Source: Macrostomum lignano
Taxonomy: Eukaryota
Direction: 5' to 3'
Assembly: GCA_002269645.1 (NCBI GenBank)
Contig: NIVC01001267.1
Coordinates: 62,001-126,000, forward strand
DNA: 64,000 bases
A program made the translations under genes and the position numbers. Below the pieces are notes generated by a model that saw only the letters and a program-made list of their open reading frames with translations, was not told the DNA's origin and did no database searches. Shown here one piece after another: positions 26,208 through 37,320 of the stretch. Within the stretch, counting starts at the first letter, position 1, and every line of letters begins with the position of its first letter.

Positions 26208-27140
26208 CTAATTATTGCGAGGTTCCGGACCTCTTAGTTGTAGAGGTTTGCGACGACGCTTACCAACTTTCATCGCATCGATTGGTGCCTCTGGGGGTGT
26301 GTCCGGCATTTCTATGCGGAAAAAATTGGGGTCGTAGTTTGGCCTCGGTTGGTTGGACCGATGACAGCCAGCCGCCTGCAGGCGTTTCCTCTTCGTCTCC
26401 GGCGATAGGTTGGCAAACCAACCCTCGCATTGAACGCAGCAGTGCACTTCGAGCTGCATGCGCTCATCCCGCTTTCGAGCCTTAAAAACGCAGTTTTGCG
26501 GAATCCTCGCCTCAGGCAGTCGGTTATAGTCTGCTATGAAACTGTCCGACAACACCATTTGAGCCGGTCCGGTTTGAATGGCTTCAGTGGACATTGCCAA
26601 AGGCCCGTCACGCGACTGCTGCTCATCCTCACTGTCCAGCTGCGCGGCCGGCTGATTCAGCTGACGCCGACTCGCCTGGTTGTCGGCGTACCAGTTCTGC
26701 AGACTCTCGGGGCCCATAGTCTCCGATTCGCAGACTTGCGCACAGTCACGCGACTGCTGCTCATCCTCACTGTCCAGCTGCGCGGCCGGCTGATTCAGCT
26801 GACGCCGACTCGCCTGGTTGTCGGCGTACCAGTTCTGCAGACTCTCGGGGCCCATAGTCTCCGATTCGCAGACTTGCGCACAGTCACGCGCCTGGTTGGC
26901 GGCAATATCGCTGTAGCGAGTGTCCTTGAACGGCCATGCGGACTTTGTCACTTGAGTGCTGGGCACTACATCTGAACGCACGATAGCCCGATGGAAGCGC
27001 ACGTTGCGGCTGGTATCGAACACCGGCGAACCCGGTCGTCCGCTACGCAGGCGCTCCACCTCCGCTCTCAAGGCCCAGTTATCGTGAACCAGCGCTTTGC
27101 AGATTTCGCATGTTGCGGCGTGAGACCAGTGATCCGACAT
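26208..27140 (-). CDS. CtIP/Sae2/Ctp1 (RBBP8)-like protein, 310 aa, intact ORF
   Basis: RKRDERMQLEVHCCVQCEGWFANLSPETKRKRL..CHR..PNYDPNFFRIEMPDT aligns by eye with human CtIP [51 protein letters not shown]. N-terminal CxxC plus short coiled coil; 138-bp internal duplication. Confidence 0.85.
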   Translation of the reverse strand: MSDHWSHAATCEICKALVHDNWALRAEVERLRSGRPGSPVFDTSRNVRFHRAIVRSDVVPSTQVTKSAWPFKDTRYSDIAANQARDCAQVCESETMGPESLQNWYADNQASRRQLNQPAAQLDSEDEQQSRDCAQVCESETMGPESLQNWYADNQASRRQLNQPAAQLDSEDEQQSRDGPLAMSTEAIQTGPAQMVLSDSFIADYNRLPEARIPQNCVFKARKRDERMQLEVHCCVQCEGWFANLSPETKRKRLQAAGCHRSNQPRPNYDPNFFRIEMPDTPPEAPIDAMKVGKRRRKPLQLRGPEPRNN

Positions 27141-28304
27141 CGACGATGGGAAAGAAACTCGGACAGGTACGGAGCTGCAAGGCGTTAAGATGCAAAAAGT
27201 GTAAAATTTTGAAGCTTCAGATCAGAATGAAAGCAACAGCTGCGTCCGCAAACGGGCTATATTTTCCGTCTGCATATTTCCCGTACGCTTATATAAAAGA
27301 AGACAACACACACACACTGCAGCTGTGACCAGAGTAATAGTAAAAAGTAAGAACTGACCAAAATAGGCTCCGCATAACTTGCCGCAACCTTGCGGCCACC
27401 GGGCTATATGTATTATTATTATTATTATTATTAGTAGTAGTAGAATTATGAATATTAATTGCTACACACAGTACATACACGGTAGTACTAGTATTACTTA
27501 GGTTAATAATTGGAAGAACATAGGGTGAAAGAACAATAAAAGCTGTGGAAGAAAAATATTTGCGCATTAATGCGTCATTGCCATATATGGCCATATATAT
27601 GTAACATACGCTGACGACTTAACAGGCGTAGACAGTACTGTCAAGCGGCAGCGGTAGAAAAATAGCCAAATAGCCAAAATAAATGGCGCTGGCAAAATAA
27701 ATGCAGCTGGGTTGGCTGGCCGTTAGACTAACGAGACGTAGCCAAAAGTGTAACGTGAATGTGTTATTGAACAGTTGGAACTATTTAAATAGTATTTACT
27801 ATTTACTATTATTATTTTATTTATTTATTTAATTTTAGTTATTATTACTGTTTACGATGTACTATTTAATTAAAAAGCCTACGGCTGCTTCATGAAGTGT
27901 ATTATAGAGATGATGCTACTATTCTAGGCAATTATTTTGAAGGCTGCAGTAGACGGAATTTGAATTTTTGTTTTGAAAGTTTAATATTCGAGAAGTTAAA
28001 TTCTACATTCTCGTTAACTTTTGGCCACACCTCGGATGCTCTTTGAAATTTCACCTATATAGGTCTAACTGGACATGTCCCAATACTGCAGTAAAATCGC
28101 CAAAGTGGCGTCCGCTATGCCGAAGGCGCAGACCGGTCGGCTATGCAGTAGTGCAGCCATGGCGGTGAACAATCGCCGCAGGCGGGTAGAGCGACCACCA
28201 CGCGGCCTATCACGGCGAGCGGACAGCGGCTCGGGCTCCGGCACGACGCGGGCGGTGTAGGCGGCCTTCCAAAAGCTGGCCTCCGCCCGAGACATCTCGC
28301 GAAA

Positions 28305-29180
28305 TCACGCCGCTTTGCCGTACACTACGGCGACCGGCGGCCCGTTGGCGGACCGTTGCACCGCCTCGCCGGACTCCAGTACAGTTTGGCCATATCGATC
28401 GCACACCATGCGCAGGCAGTTGGCCATTGCCCTTTGCGCCTCAGCGGGCGTGTCACCATGGCTGGCGCCTTTTGATCTTTGTTGCGCCAGGTACGCAATC
28501 ATTGTCGTGATGACAATGCGGCAGCGGCGTATCTTGCTGGGCTCCTCGGCCCGTGCCGGTAGCTGCTTGGCCACTCGCTGCAGCATGTCGACCACCACAG
28601 CTTTTTCTGCAGCTTTGTCTGACGCCATGTCGATCCAGGCTGCTGGCCAGTTAAAGCCATTGGCGCACAGTGGTGCACACGATGGACAAACCGATGCCGC
28701 ACTATTTGCTGCGCCAGATGGCGGCTTCGCAGGTGCACAGTCCACTGCACGTTCTGCGCCGGATGGCGGCTTCGCAGGTGCACAGTCCACTGCACGTTCT
28801 GCGCCGGATGGCGGCTGCGCAGGTGGCAGTTGCGCAATGGAAATTTTAATGGCCCGTTGAATATCATCGGGTGATCGGGCTGCCGAACTTGCTTCTGCGC
28901 CGGCTGGACCAGCTGATGGCACCGGGTGGTCCAATCGCAGCAATCGCTTGCTTATGTCACTAGCCTGCATAGCAACCAGGGCCAGTTCGCCATGCAGGCC
29001 ATTGAAGCAATCTCGAAGGTCGCAGAGAGTCGCTTCGCGATCTGATTGTTGCAGCGGCAGCTCCTGTAGCGTACAGATGAGTGCACAGCTGCTATCAATA
29101 TTTTTCGCAATATGTGTGATATTGTCTTTTAAAATGCTTGCAGACCGCATTATTTTATCAAGCGAGTCTGCATCCGCCAT
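28305..29180 (-). CDS. Hypothetical 291-aa protein (N-terminal coiled coil, 15-aa repeat, helical C-terminus)
   Basis: ATG-initiated GC-rich ORF in AT-rich flanks, co-oriented with the other EnSpm ORFs. No motif recognised. Confidence 0.65.
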   Translation of the reverse strand: MADADSLDKIMRSASILKDNITHIAKNIDSSCALICTLQELPLQQSDREATLCDLRDCFNGLHGELALVAMQASDISKRLLRLDHPVPSAGPAGAEASSAARSPDDIQRAIKISIAQLPPAQPPSGAERAVDCAPAKPPSGAERAVDCAPAKPPSGAANSAASVCPSCAPLCANGFNWPAAWIDMASDKAAEKAVVVDMLQRVAKQLPARAEEPSKIRRCRIVITTMIAYLAQQRSKGASHGDTPAEAQRAMANCLRMVCDRYGQTVLESGEAVQRSANGPPVAVVYGKAA

Positions 29181-30491
29181 AGTAGAATTAGAGTTAATCT
29201 GGAATGGTTAATTGTAGGATAGCATAATTACAAGAACGGACACAATTCCATGAAGTATAAAACTGCCACTTTTTAGTACTTAAGAAATTAAGAAATTTGT
29301 CAGCCATTTTTTACCAAAAGTTTTTTATGTGCAATATCTACAGTTGAAGAATAAATGAATGATAAAATGTTGTCTGATTAGTACGTCGTCGTTATCAGGT
29401 GGCAGAAAGTCATTTTTGTAAAACTTTGGACATTTTTCTGAGCAAAAGACATAATTAAGTTTCTGTACCTTTTAAAAACAAATAGAAAGCTTTGGAGGGT
29501 TGAAAAAAACTATAGATAAAAGCATAGTACTTGCATCATCAGATAAAAATATTGGTGACCAAATAATCTGTTATCTTTTTCATATATTGGTACCTCAAAG
29601 TTACGAAATTAATGAAAAAATGTGTTATGACCATAAGGCTGCCTTTTTTGTATCTTTGTTGCCTTTTTGAGTTTAACTATATATTGCAAAAGGAGTATGA
29701 TTTCTGAAGATGTTCTTAGTCCAATCTAAAAAAAATGTATTGCAAAATATCAAACAGATATTATATGTTTGAAAAATGTTATAAGACTTTAGCTGTTTAG
29801 TTTCTATATGCCAAAAATTACAACCATATTACATATTACATATTACATATTACAACCATAAGTGCCACTCAACGCTTAATAGCATCTATATTAATGATGA
29901 CATCTATATGAAAGTTTATAAACATATTCTTGACAAAATTATATTTCATTTAAAATATTGCTCCAGTGTATTCTATTATTATATTTCATTTTATAAGTAA
30001 AAAAAGCAGTTATGCCTGTGCTTATATGGAATGAGCCTAAAGATGTTGTATTCACATAGCCACAGACATGAGACAATTTAATCGACAGTTCACTGAAAAC
30101 GTAACAGTCGAAAACGAAAAAAGATTTGAATCGGTGACTTGTCCGCCATATTGATTTTTAGTCCTGTTAACGACGTCGTGTTTTTTATTCACTACGTTTC
30201 TCACTTGTCGCACAATACTAACCTTCAAATTCCGTAGTTGCAATTGTCATATTTTAAGAGGTATAAGATGGTACCTACTTAAGAGAATCCTATCTTACTA
30301 TCACTATAGCAGTATGGTTCAGTAGATCGTATTTCTAGAAATAAATTTAACGCAGTGAATTCATTTTCCAGTGAAGCAGGTATAAACTTCATGTATTTCA
30401 TGCAAATTTACAGACTGTAACCCGCTGCCCATATTGATCAGAATATGAGATGTAGCCTTGAACAGAGCAATGTGAGTTAAACTATGGCGTA

Positions 30492-30673
30492 CAGGGGCGA
30501 CGGAGTCTAATATTTTTGGGGGGCACCAGGCACAAGGCAAGGGGGGCACAGGTACCTTCATAATTACTTCTAATTAGGGCCTAAAATCAGAGGAAGCACT
30601 AAAAATTACCGCCTGGACTTATTTTCTGGGGGGAGGCACGTGCCCCCGGTGCTGCAAGCTCCCGCCGCCCATG
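30492..30673. mobile_element. hAT-type MITE nested in the EnSpm
   Basis: Imperfect TIR CAGGGGCGACGGAG / CTCCCGCCGCCCATG; TSD ATGGCGTA / ATGACGTA (7 of 8). Confidence 0.7.
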
Positions 30674-30865
30674 ATGACGTATGTTTCAGACAGTTGGCAT
30701 CATTAAAGCACAGTTATGCGTGATAATAGATTCATGCATTATAAATGTAGCCAATTGGCTAAATGTACTACTGCTAACAAATATATACTACTACGTCGAA
30801 AGAAACTAAGCGACTATCCGACATCCGACATAAGTCAATGTCCCTATGCTGCGAAGGAAAATTGT

Positions 30866-33721
30866 TCATGTGGCAGAAACGCCACGTGAGAGTCCGACAC
30901 GGCACAAGATTTGACGACGGTGGCAACCGGGTCCAAATTCGAAGTAGAACTTGGACACCTCGTCGAAAGGGCTTCGTCGCAATCGACGCACGTGCGCAAG
31001 CGCACTACCGCCAAGTAGGCGACGCCCAGAGAAGCAGTAAAGTGGATTATCGCGTGGCTCGAAGTACTTCTCGGTCAATAAACGACGAACAACCAATTTT
31101 GCAGTGCCATCTGCAACGCGAATCGACTCCACTCGACCAAACTCAAATAATGTCGCGCCGCAATTAAATGCGATGAAGCAGGACGCAGATCTGCAGAATT
31201 GCAACTCAGGTCGAAAAACCTCCAGCTGGCATCCACTGTGAAGTACAGCCCTCGTGAAGCCACGTCCCTGTCGGCGCTCGTACAGCCGCACTCCACCGGC
31301 GGTTGTCAATGCCGGTCTATCTGTCGCCTTTGGGTTGGAGCTATTGAAAGTGTCTCTGACACCCAATAGTGAGCTGAGATAACGAGTCGCCGCACGTCGA
31401 GTTAGCTGCTTTACCAACTGTTTGTCTGAGTGTCGCGTACCGTGAACTCGCGAGCGCAAACGACCATGCATAGACTCGAAAAGTCCGGCTGATACGCGAT
31501 GCAGCGGTCCTAGCAGTAGAGCATACGCACTAAAATGCTCACATACCTGGTGAGCATTATACGTCTGTGCGGCTGCTCCGTAAAGGTTGCGCAGCTCTTT
31601 GTAAAAGTGCTTCAGGTTAGCGTCCGCTCGCAATATCTGCGTGTGCGGTGCGCCATCGAGACAAAGCCAGAAAATAGCAGACGACAGAAGCATAAAGTGC
31701 TGGTAGTAACTGGCATCAAGCAGGCCATCCCCTAGCACCATTGGTCCGTAACAAAGTAGCCACGCTTCGAGCTCGTGCCCACGGAAGTGCCCTAGCTCGT
31801 GCATCGTGCGCGGGGCCCGCTGATGCGACGCCGGCACGTGGATAGTCGCCAGCCTAGTGTTAATATCTGAAAGTCGTCTGGACAAATCCGGTGCGTGACA
31901 CACTCTCATGGGCTTCTTGCCAATTGGCACAAATAACTGCTCCATAGTGCGTCGGACAAGACCAGTCAGCAATTGATGCAGGAAACATGGTGGACAACCT
32001 TGAATGTAGTCAAAGCCCTCAAGCCGATAAAGTGGCGATACCGCTATGACTCCCAGGTTGTGCTCCGCTGCTACCGGTTTAGTGTTTGCCAGCATCACGG
32101 TGTCAGCCAGATTGCGAACTGTTGGCTGCGTGACATTGGCAGCCAGAGCTGCATGCATCGCATCATCCGACATTGCGCATGGATATATTCTCGCACTGCC
32201 CCCACGTTCTGCGTCGTGCAGGGAGATAGTGTAGCAATTGTCGCACCCGTACTCGGCATTAAACTGACGCATGTATTTGGTTTCTGCCCGTTGCGGAGCG
32301 TCTAGAATAAACAGTGGGTGCAGTCTAATTCTTCCACCCTGTTTGCCATCGACACCGGCACCTTTCATGAATTCAATACCAACTGACCGCAGTGCATTCA
32401 GTTGCTCTACTAGCCAAGGGAGATACGCAGTGGAGCGTAGTTTCCTTTTAGCGGACCAGAAGCCGGCTACAACGACATATCTACTCTTCATGTTGTCGGT
32501 TACTTCGTTAATGCTGACATAAACTGGACACATTTCCATAACAGACCTTTTAAAAATTGGAAAGCCATCGATGCACACTGAATACGTGAGGTCACTTCGT
32601 GAGCCCAGTGCAATTGACCGCTTGAATGCCGCATACGCAGTTCCGCTACCCATGTAAAGACGTCCCACGTTCGCCGGCTGATCGACGGGATATATTACGT
32701 GGTCTAGAAGATGGCATTCTTCGATCATCTGTCGTACTTGGCTGCCTATATCCATTCGCCAGAAGTGCCCAACAGACTCTGGCGATTCCAATCTCGCATT
32801 ACAATGCGGACAGTGATCTGGGCGCGGTTGTTGCATCTCGCGATCGCAGCTCAGACAATACACTGAAGGTCTGCATATCGTGTAGGAGTACGGTGTCAGG
32901 TTTAGCAAATTGTCCAGCATATGACGGGTCTGTGGAAACGCAGCATTTACAGGAAGCACGGCCTTTGTGTAGGCAAGCAATTTGTCGACACCATGTACAG
33001 AAAGATTTTGCGCAAAGGCCAGACACTGAGCTAGGGTTCCAATTGCAGCGTATGACACAGTAGCGCCAGGATAGGCGGCCAACTGGCAAAAGTTACGCAG
33101 TTTAGCGTCGTCTGAATCATAATCATCGCCGTCACCGTCATCGCTGTATTCGGCATCGTCGCTAGGCGCTTGGCTGGCAGAGCTTTCGATAGCTTCGCTG
33201 GCATCGCCGGCTTCACTGGCAGTTTCGCTGGCAGAGCTTTCGGCAGCTTCGCTGGCATCGCCGGCTTAACTGGCAGTTTCGCTGGCAGAGCTTTCGGCAG
33301 CTTCGCTGGCGTCGCCGGCTTCACTGGCAGTTTCGCTGGTGGAGGCTTCGGCAGCTTCGCTGGCATCGCCGGCTTCACTGGCAGTTTCGCTGGTGGAGGC
33401 TTCGCCGGTAGATGGCGGTTGTGAAGTAGCTTCGCCGGTAGATGGCGGTTGTGAAGTAGCTTCGCCGGTAGATGGCGGTTGTGAAGTAGCTTCGCCGGTA
33501 GATGGCGGTTGTGGAGTACCTTCGCTACCGATGTCGTCGTCTGGATGACGGCGCTTATTACCACGATTCGTCTGTGGATTTCCAATGGCGGCGCCCATTG
33601 CAGTCGTTCCAGATTGCAACCATCGTTGTCGCCTTTGAAATAGAAGCTGCACTGTCTTGCGTTCTCGAAATCGTTTCACTCTTAAACGATTCATAATGGC
33701 GCGGCGTTGCTGGTCTTCCAT
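30866..33721 (-). CDS. EnSpm/CACTA transposase (Tnp2-like); one in-frame TAA at 33266-33268
   Basis: Motifs YCLSC..CPHC, CIDGFPIF, LDAPQRA..QFNAEYGCDNC, FLHQLLTG, TYNAH, FESMHGRL. ORFs 33266-33721 and 30866-33082 share a frame; the stop is a GAA>TAA change in an ASEAGD repeat. Confidence 0.88.
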
Positions 33722-34094
33722 GATGGAGATTTTTGTTCTTAATGATTCTTATCCTCTGCAAAAGTGGCAAACGTTCATGAGAAATTAGTCAGTTGCTTCG
33801 TGGGTTACCGTCACTTCTCCTTATATACTGATTTGAAAGAGAACGTATCCCTGGGCATAGGTAATAAATTTGCTTCCCTATTCATAACTATCACTTGTCC
33901 ATACCTAACTATATATAACTGGGTATCCATGTGACCTATTTCAGGAGAGGCTACTCTGTAAAATTGTAAAGTATAAATTCAGGCAACAATAACACGTGCG
34001 TCACGCCGCACTCAAATTAAGCAACATAGTAGCAGCCTATTATGCAATGATGACGACAACAGTTGGTAGAAAGCGACAAGTAGTAAACTCCACA

Positions 34095-34740
34095 ACAGAA
34101 CAAAACGGTCACAAAATACGGTCACATTGAACGGTCACATGGTTACCCTAAACAAAACGGTCACAAAATACGGTAACTATGAACGGTCACATGGTTACCC
34201 TAAACAAAACGGTCACAAAGTACGGTAACATTGAACAGTCACATTGTTACCCTAAACAAAACGGTCACAAAATACGGTCACATTGAACGGTCACATGGTT
34301 ACCCTGAACAAAACGGTCACAAAATACGGTAACAGTGAACGGTAACATTTGACCCTGAACAAAACGGTCACAAAATACGGTAACAGTGAACGGTAACATA
34401 GTTACCCTTAACAAAACGGTCACAAAGTACGGTAACATTGATCGGTAACATAGTTACCCTTAACAAAACGGTCACAAAATACGGTAACATTGATCGGTAA
34501 CATGTGACCCTGAACAAAACGGTCACAAAATACGGTAACATTGATCGGTAACATGTGACCCTTAACAAAACGGTCACAAAATACGGTAACTATGAAGAGT
34601 CACATGGTTACCCTAAACAAAACAGTCACACAATACGGTAAAATTGAACAGTAACCTTGTTACCCCGAACTAAACAGTCACAAATACGGTAAAAAATGGT
34701 AACTGGTGACCGTAACGGTAAAAACACGGTAACAGCCCTC
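34095..34740 (-). repeat. EnSpm right subterminal array (~51-bp unit rich in ACGGTCAC)
   Basis: Reverse complement of the left array. Confidence 0.9.
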
Positions 34741-35534
34741 TTTTTGTGACTGTTTCGTTTTATACGGGCCACTCATGTATTCATAATGATATATTATATT
34801 ATTATAGCTTAATTTAGTAATAAGTTTGTATTTTGTAGTATTAATTAGTTTAATACTGCAAAGGATTAAATTTACTTTAGTTTAATGCAGTATTAAATTA
34901 TATATGGAATATAATTGGTAAATTGGTCTTCGAAAAAATTGTTGGCACTGGAATCTTTTTGAGCTATAGCTATATTATAATTGAATAATTTGGTGATTTT
35001 TTTTGTAAATTTGTAATCAAATCAAATGATTGTCATTTTGTCAAATAAAGTTAGTAAAGTAATTTTATAATTTATATGCTCATATGATTTATGAACTATA
35101 TAGAAATTTATACATATTTAATAAGGTTATTATCTATTAATCTATATGACAATGTCACTATGCTACTGAATATAATATCTACAAATATTATACAAAACAA
35201 GTAATATTGTATATTTGTATACAAATACTTGAAATACAAATGTTAACTAACTAATATATTTATAGTTTCTTGTGAATTTTTTTTATTTGTGTTTATTTCT
35301 TATATAGCTATTAGTATTGACTATTAGGGCATTAGGCTAGAGCTATTAGATCAACCATCAAGGCTGAATAGCATAGATAGTCAGATAAAACTATCCTTGA
35401 ATCCTTGATTCATTAGTAAGTAATATATTCCCAGATCCCGGATTCCCGAATACTAATCCCGAATCCCGATCCCGAAATTATTTTCAATCCCGATCCCGCC
35501 CGATCCCGAAAATTCTGCTCCCGTTCGAGCTCTA

Positions 35535-36060
35535 CTCTCATCTTTTCTCTCTCTCATCTCTGCCTTCTCCTCTCTCATCTTTTCTCTCTCTCATCTTTTC
35601 TCTCTCTCATCTCTGCCCTCTCCTGTATCATCTTTTTCTCTCTCATCTCTGCCCTCTTCTTTCATCTCTGTCTTCTCCTCTCTCATCTCTGCCCTCTCCT
35701 CTCTCATCTGTTCTCTCTCTCATCTTTGCCCTCTCTTCTCTTATCTGTTCTCTTTCTCATATCTGCCCTCTCTTCTCTCATCTGTTCTCTCTCAATCTGC
35801 CTTCTCCTCTCATCTTTTCTCTCATCTCTGCCCTCTCCTGTATCATCTTTCTCTCTCTCATCTTTTCACTCTCGTCTCTTATCTCTGCCCTCTCCTTTCT
35901 CATCTGTTCTCTCTCTCATCTCTGCCCTCTCGTCTCTCATCTGTTCTCTCTCATCTCTGCCCTCTCGTCTTTCATTGTTTCTTTCTCTCATCTCTGCCCT
36001 CTTCTCTCTCATCTGTGCCCTCTTCTCTCTCATCTTTTCTCTCTCATTTCTGCCCTCTCC
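35535..36060 (+). repeat. CT-rich satellite, right half
   Basis: Continuation of 16781-16953. Confidence 0.85.
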
Positions 36061-36102
36061 TCCGTGGTGTCGGAACCAAAGTAAAAAGGCTAAATACTAA
36101 AA

Positions 36103-36683
36103 TAGGAATCGGCAAACTCCTAGGTTGGCCACATGTGGCCCACAAGGCCCTTAAGTCCTTTGAATCTTCACAATAGCAATCCAGCCCACACTATATTTGT
36201 GTCTCTTAGCTCTCTTCTCTCACTTCTTTCTTCTTATATTCTCTCTTGTCCTCTCCTCTCCTCTCCTCACCACTCTCCTCTCCTCTCTCCTCACCTCTAT
36301 CCTCTCCTCTCTCCTCACCTCTTTCCTCTTTCCTCTTCTCTCATCTCTCTTTCATCTCCTCAACTCTTTCCTCTCATCTCCCTTTTCCTCTTCATTCTCA
36401 TCTCCATTCCCCCTTTCTCTTCTCCATTAATCTCCTTTCTCCTCTCTCTCCTCTCCTTTTTAATCTCTTCTTTCATCTACTCTCATCTCCTTTATTCCTT
36501 TGCCTCTCCTTTATCCTATGCTCGTATTTTTCTTATCTATTCCTTACCCTCTCTCCCTTTGGCCCGCTGTCATCAGGACTCCTAGGCCCGCTTCGCTTAG
36601 GGACCCAGCAAAGTGGACCCAGAAAGGCAGCATGAGCTGGGTTCTTAATCTGGCCCTTGAGGTAAAAAGTTTGCCGACCCCTG
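36103..36683. mobile_element. hAT-type MITE with CT-rich interior
   Basis: TAGGAATCGGCAAAC / GTTTGCCGACCCCTG; TSD TACTAAAA / CACTAAAA (7 of 8). Confidence 0.7.
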
Positions 36684-37249
36684 CACTAAAAGTACTACGC
36701 TTAGTCACATTAGATAAAAACTATAATGGAATGGGGTTGAGAACAACGTGAACTATTGTATGTCCACATACCCAATTAAGGTTGACAGCACCTATACAAC
36801 CAAGCAGTGACAGGGGCAAATAAAGAAGAAAGGAATAAGGCTCTTGAAGAAGGGAGCACAAGCAATGTGCAAACCCCTACTGCCTACTGGCCACTGTACC
36901 TTCTTTATTCATACGTGTATATTCAGACTATATTCCAAGGCTAGCCAGGCAGTCCACTAAACAAAAAATATGTGGCTAGTCAGGTGGCTCCACCGTGGCT
37001 CCATCTAATGGCCGTGGGCTAGCCAGACAATCCACTAAACAAAAAAGACGTGGCTAGATAGTGAGTCCACATGTGGACCCACAAAGGCTAGTCCTTGAGA
37101 GTCTATATAGTGCACACAATGGTAGTACGCTAGATATGCCAAAGAACGCTACTATTGGTCCGTGTGGGCTGGGATGGGCTGGTTGAGTGCACCCGCAGAT
37201 GGGAATGAGAAGTCTGAGAATTCTCTGAGTGCCAAAAATAGACACTGCT

Positions 37250-37320
37250 AAAAATTGGTCAAGTGACCAGTGGGCCTGACTCGAAATTGGAAGGTTTAAG
37301 GTTCGAATCCTGCCAGAGAA
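37250..37320 (+). pseudogene. Degenerate tRNA-like sequence (possibly Ser-CGA-derived SINE head)
   Basis: A-box-like TGGTCAAGTG, GACTCGAAAT loop, B box GGTTCGAATCC at 37300-37310. Cloverleaf not convincingly complete. Confidence 0.35.

Larger units (their letters stand above)
22728..34768 (-). mobile_element. CACTA/EnSpm (CMC superfamily) transposon, 12,041 bp, four ORFs
   Basis: TIR CCCGTATAAAACGAAAC(G/A)GTCACAAAAAGAGG; 3-bp TSD CCA (22725-22727, 34769-34771); inverted subterminal arrays; EnSpm-type transposase inside. Confidence 0.92.
16954..35534 (-). mobile_element. Large hAT transposon (18.6 kb including nested inserts; about 6.5 kb without the EnSpm)
   Basis: TIR TAGAGCTCGAACGGGA / TCCCGTTCGAGCTCTA, ATCCCG-rich subterminal repeats at both ends, 8-bp TSD CTCTCATC (16946-16953, 35535-35542), hAT transposase remnant inside. 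Confidence 0.88.
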
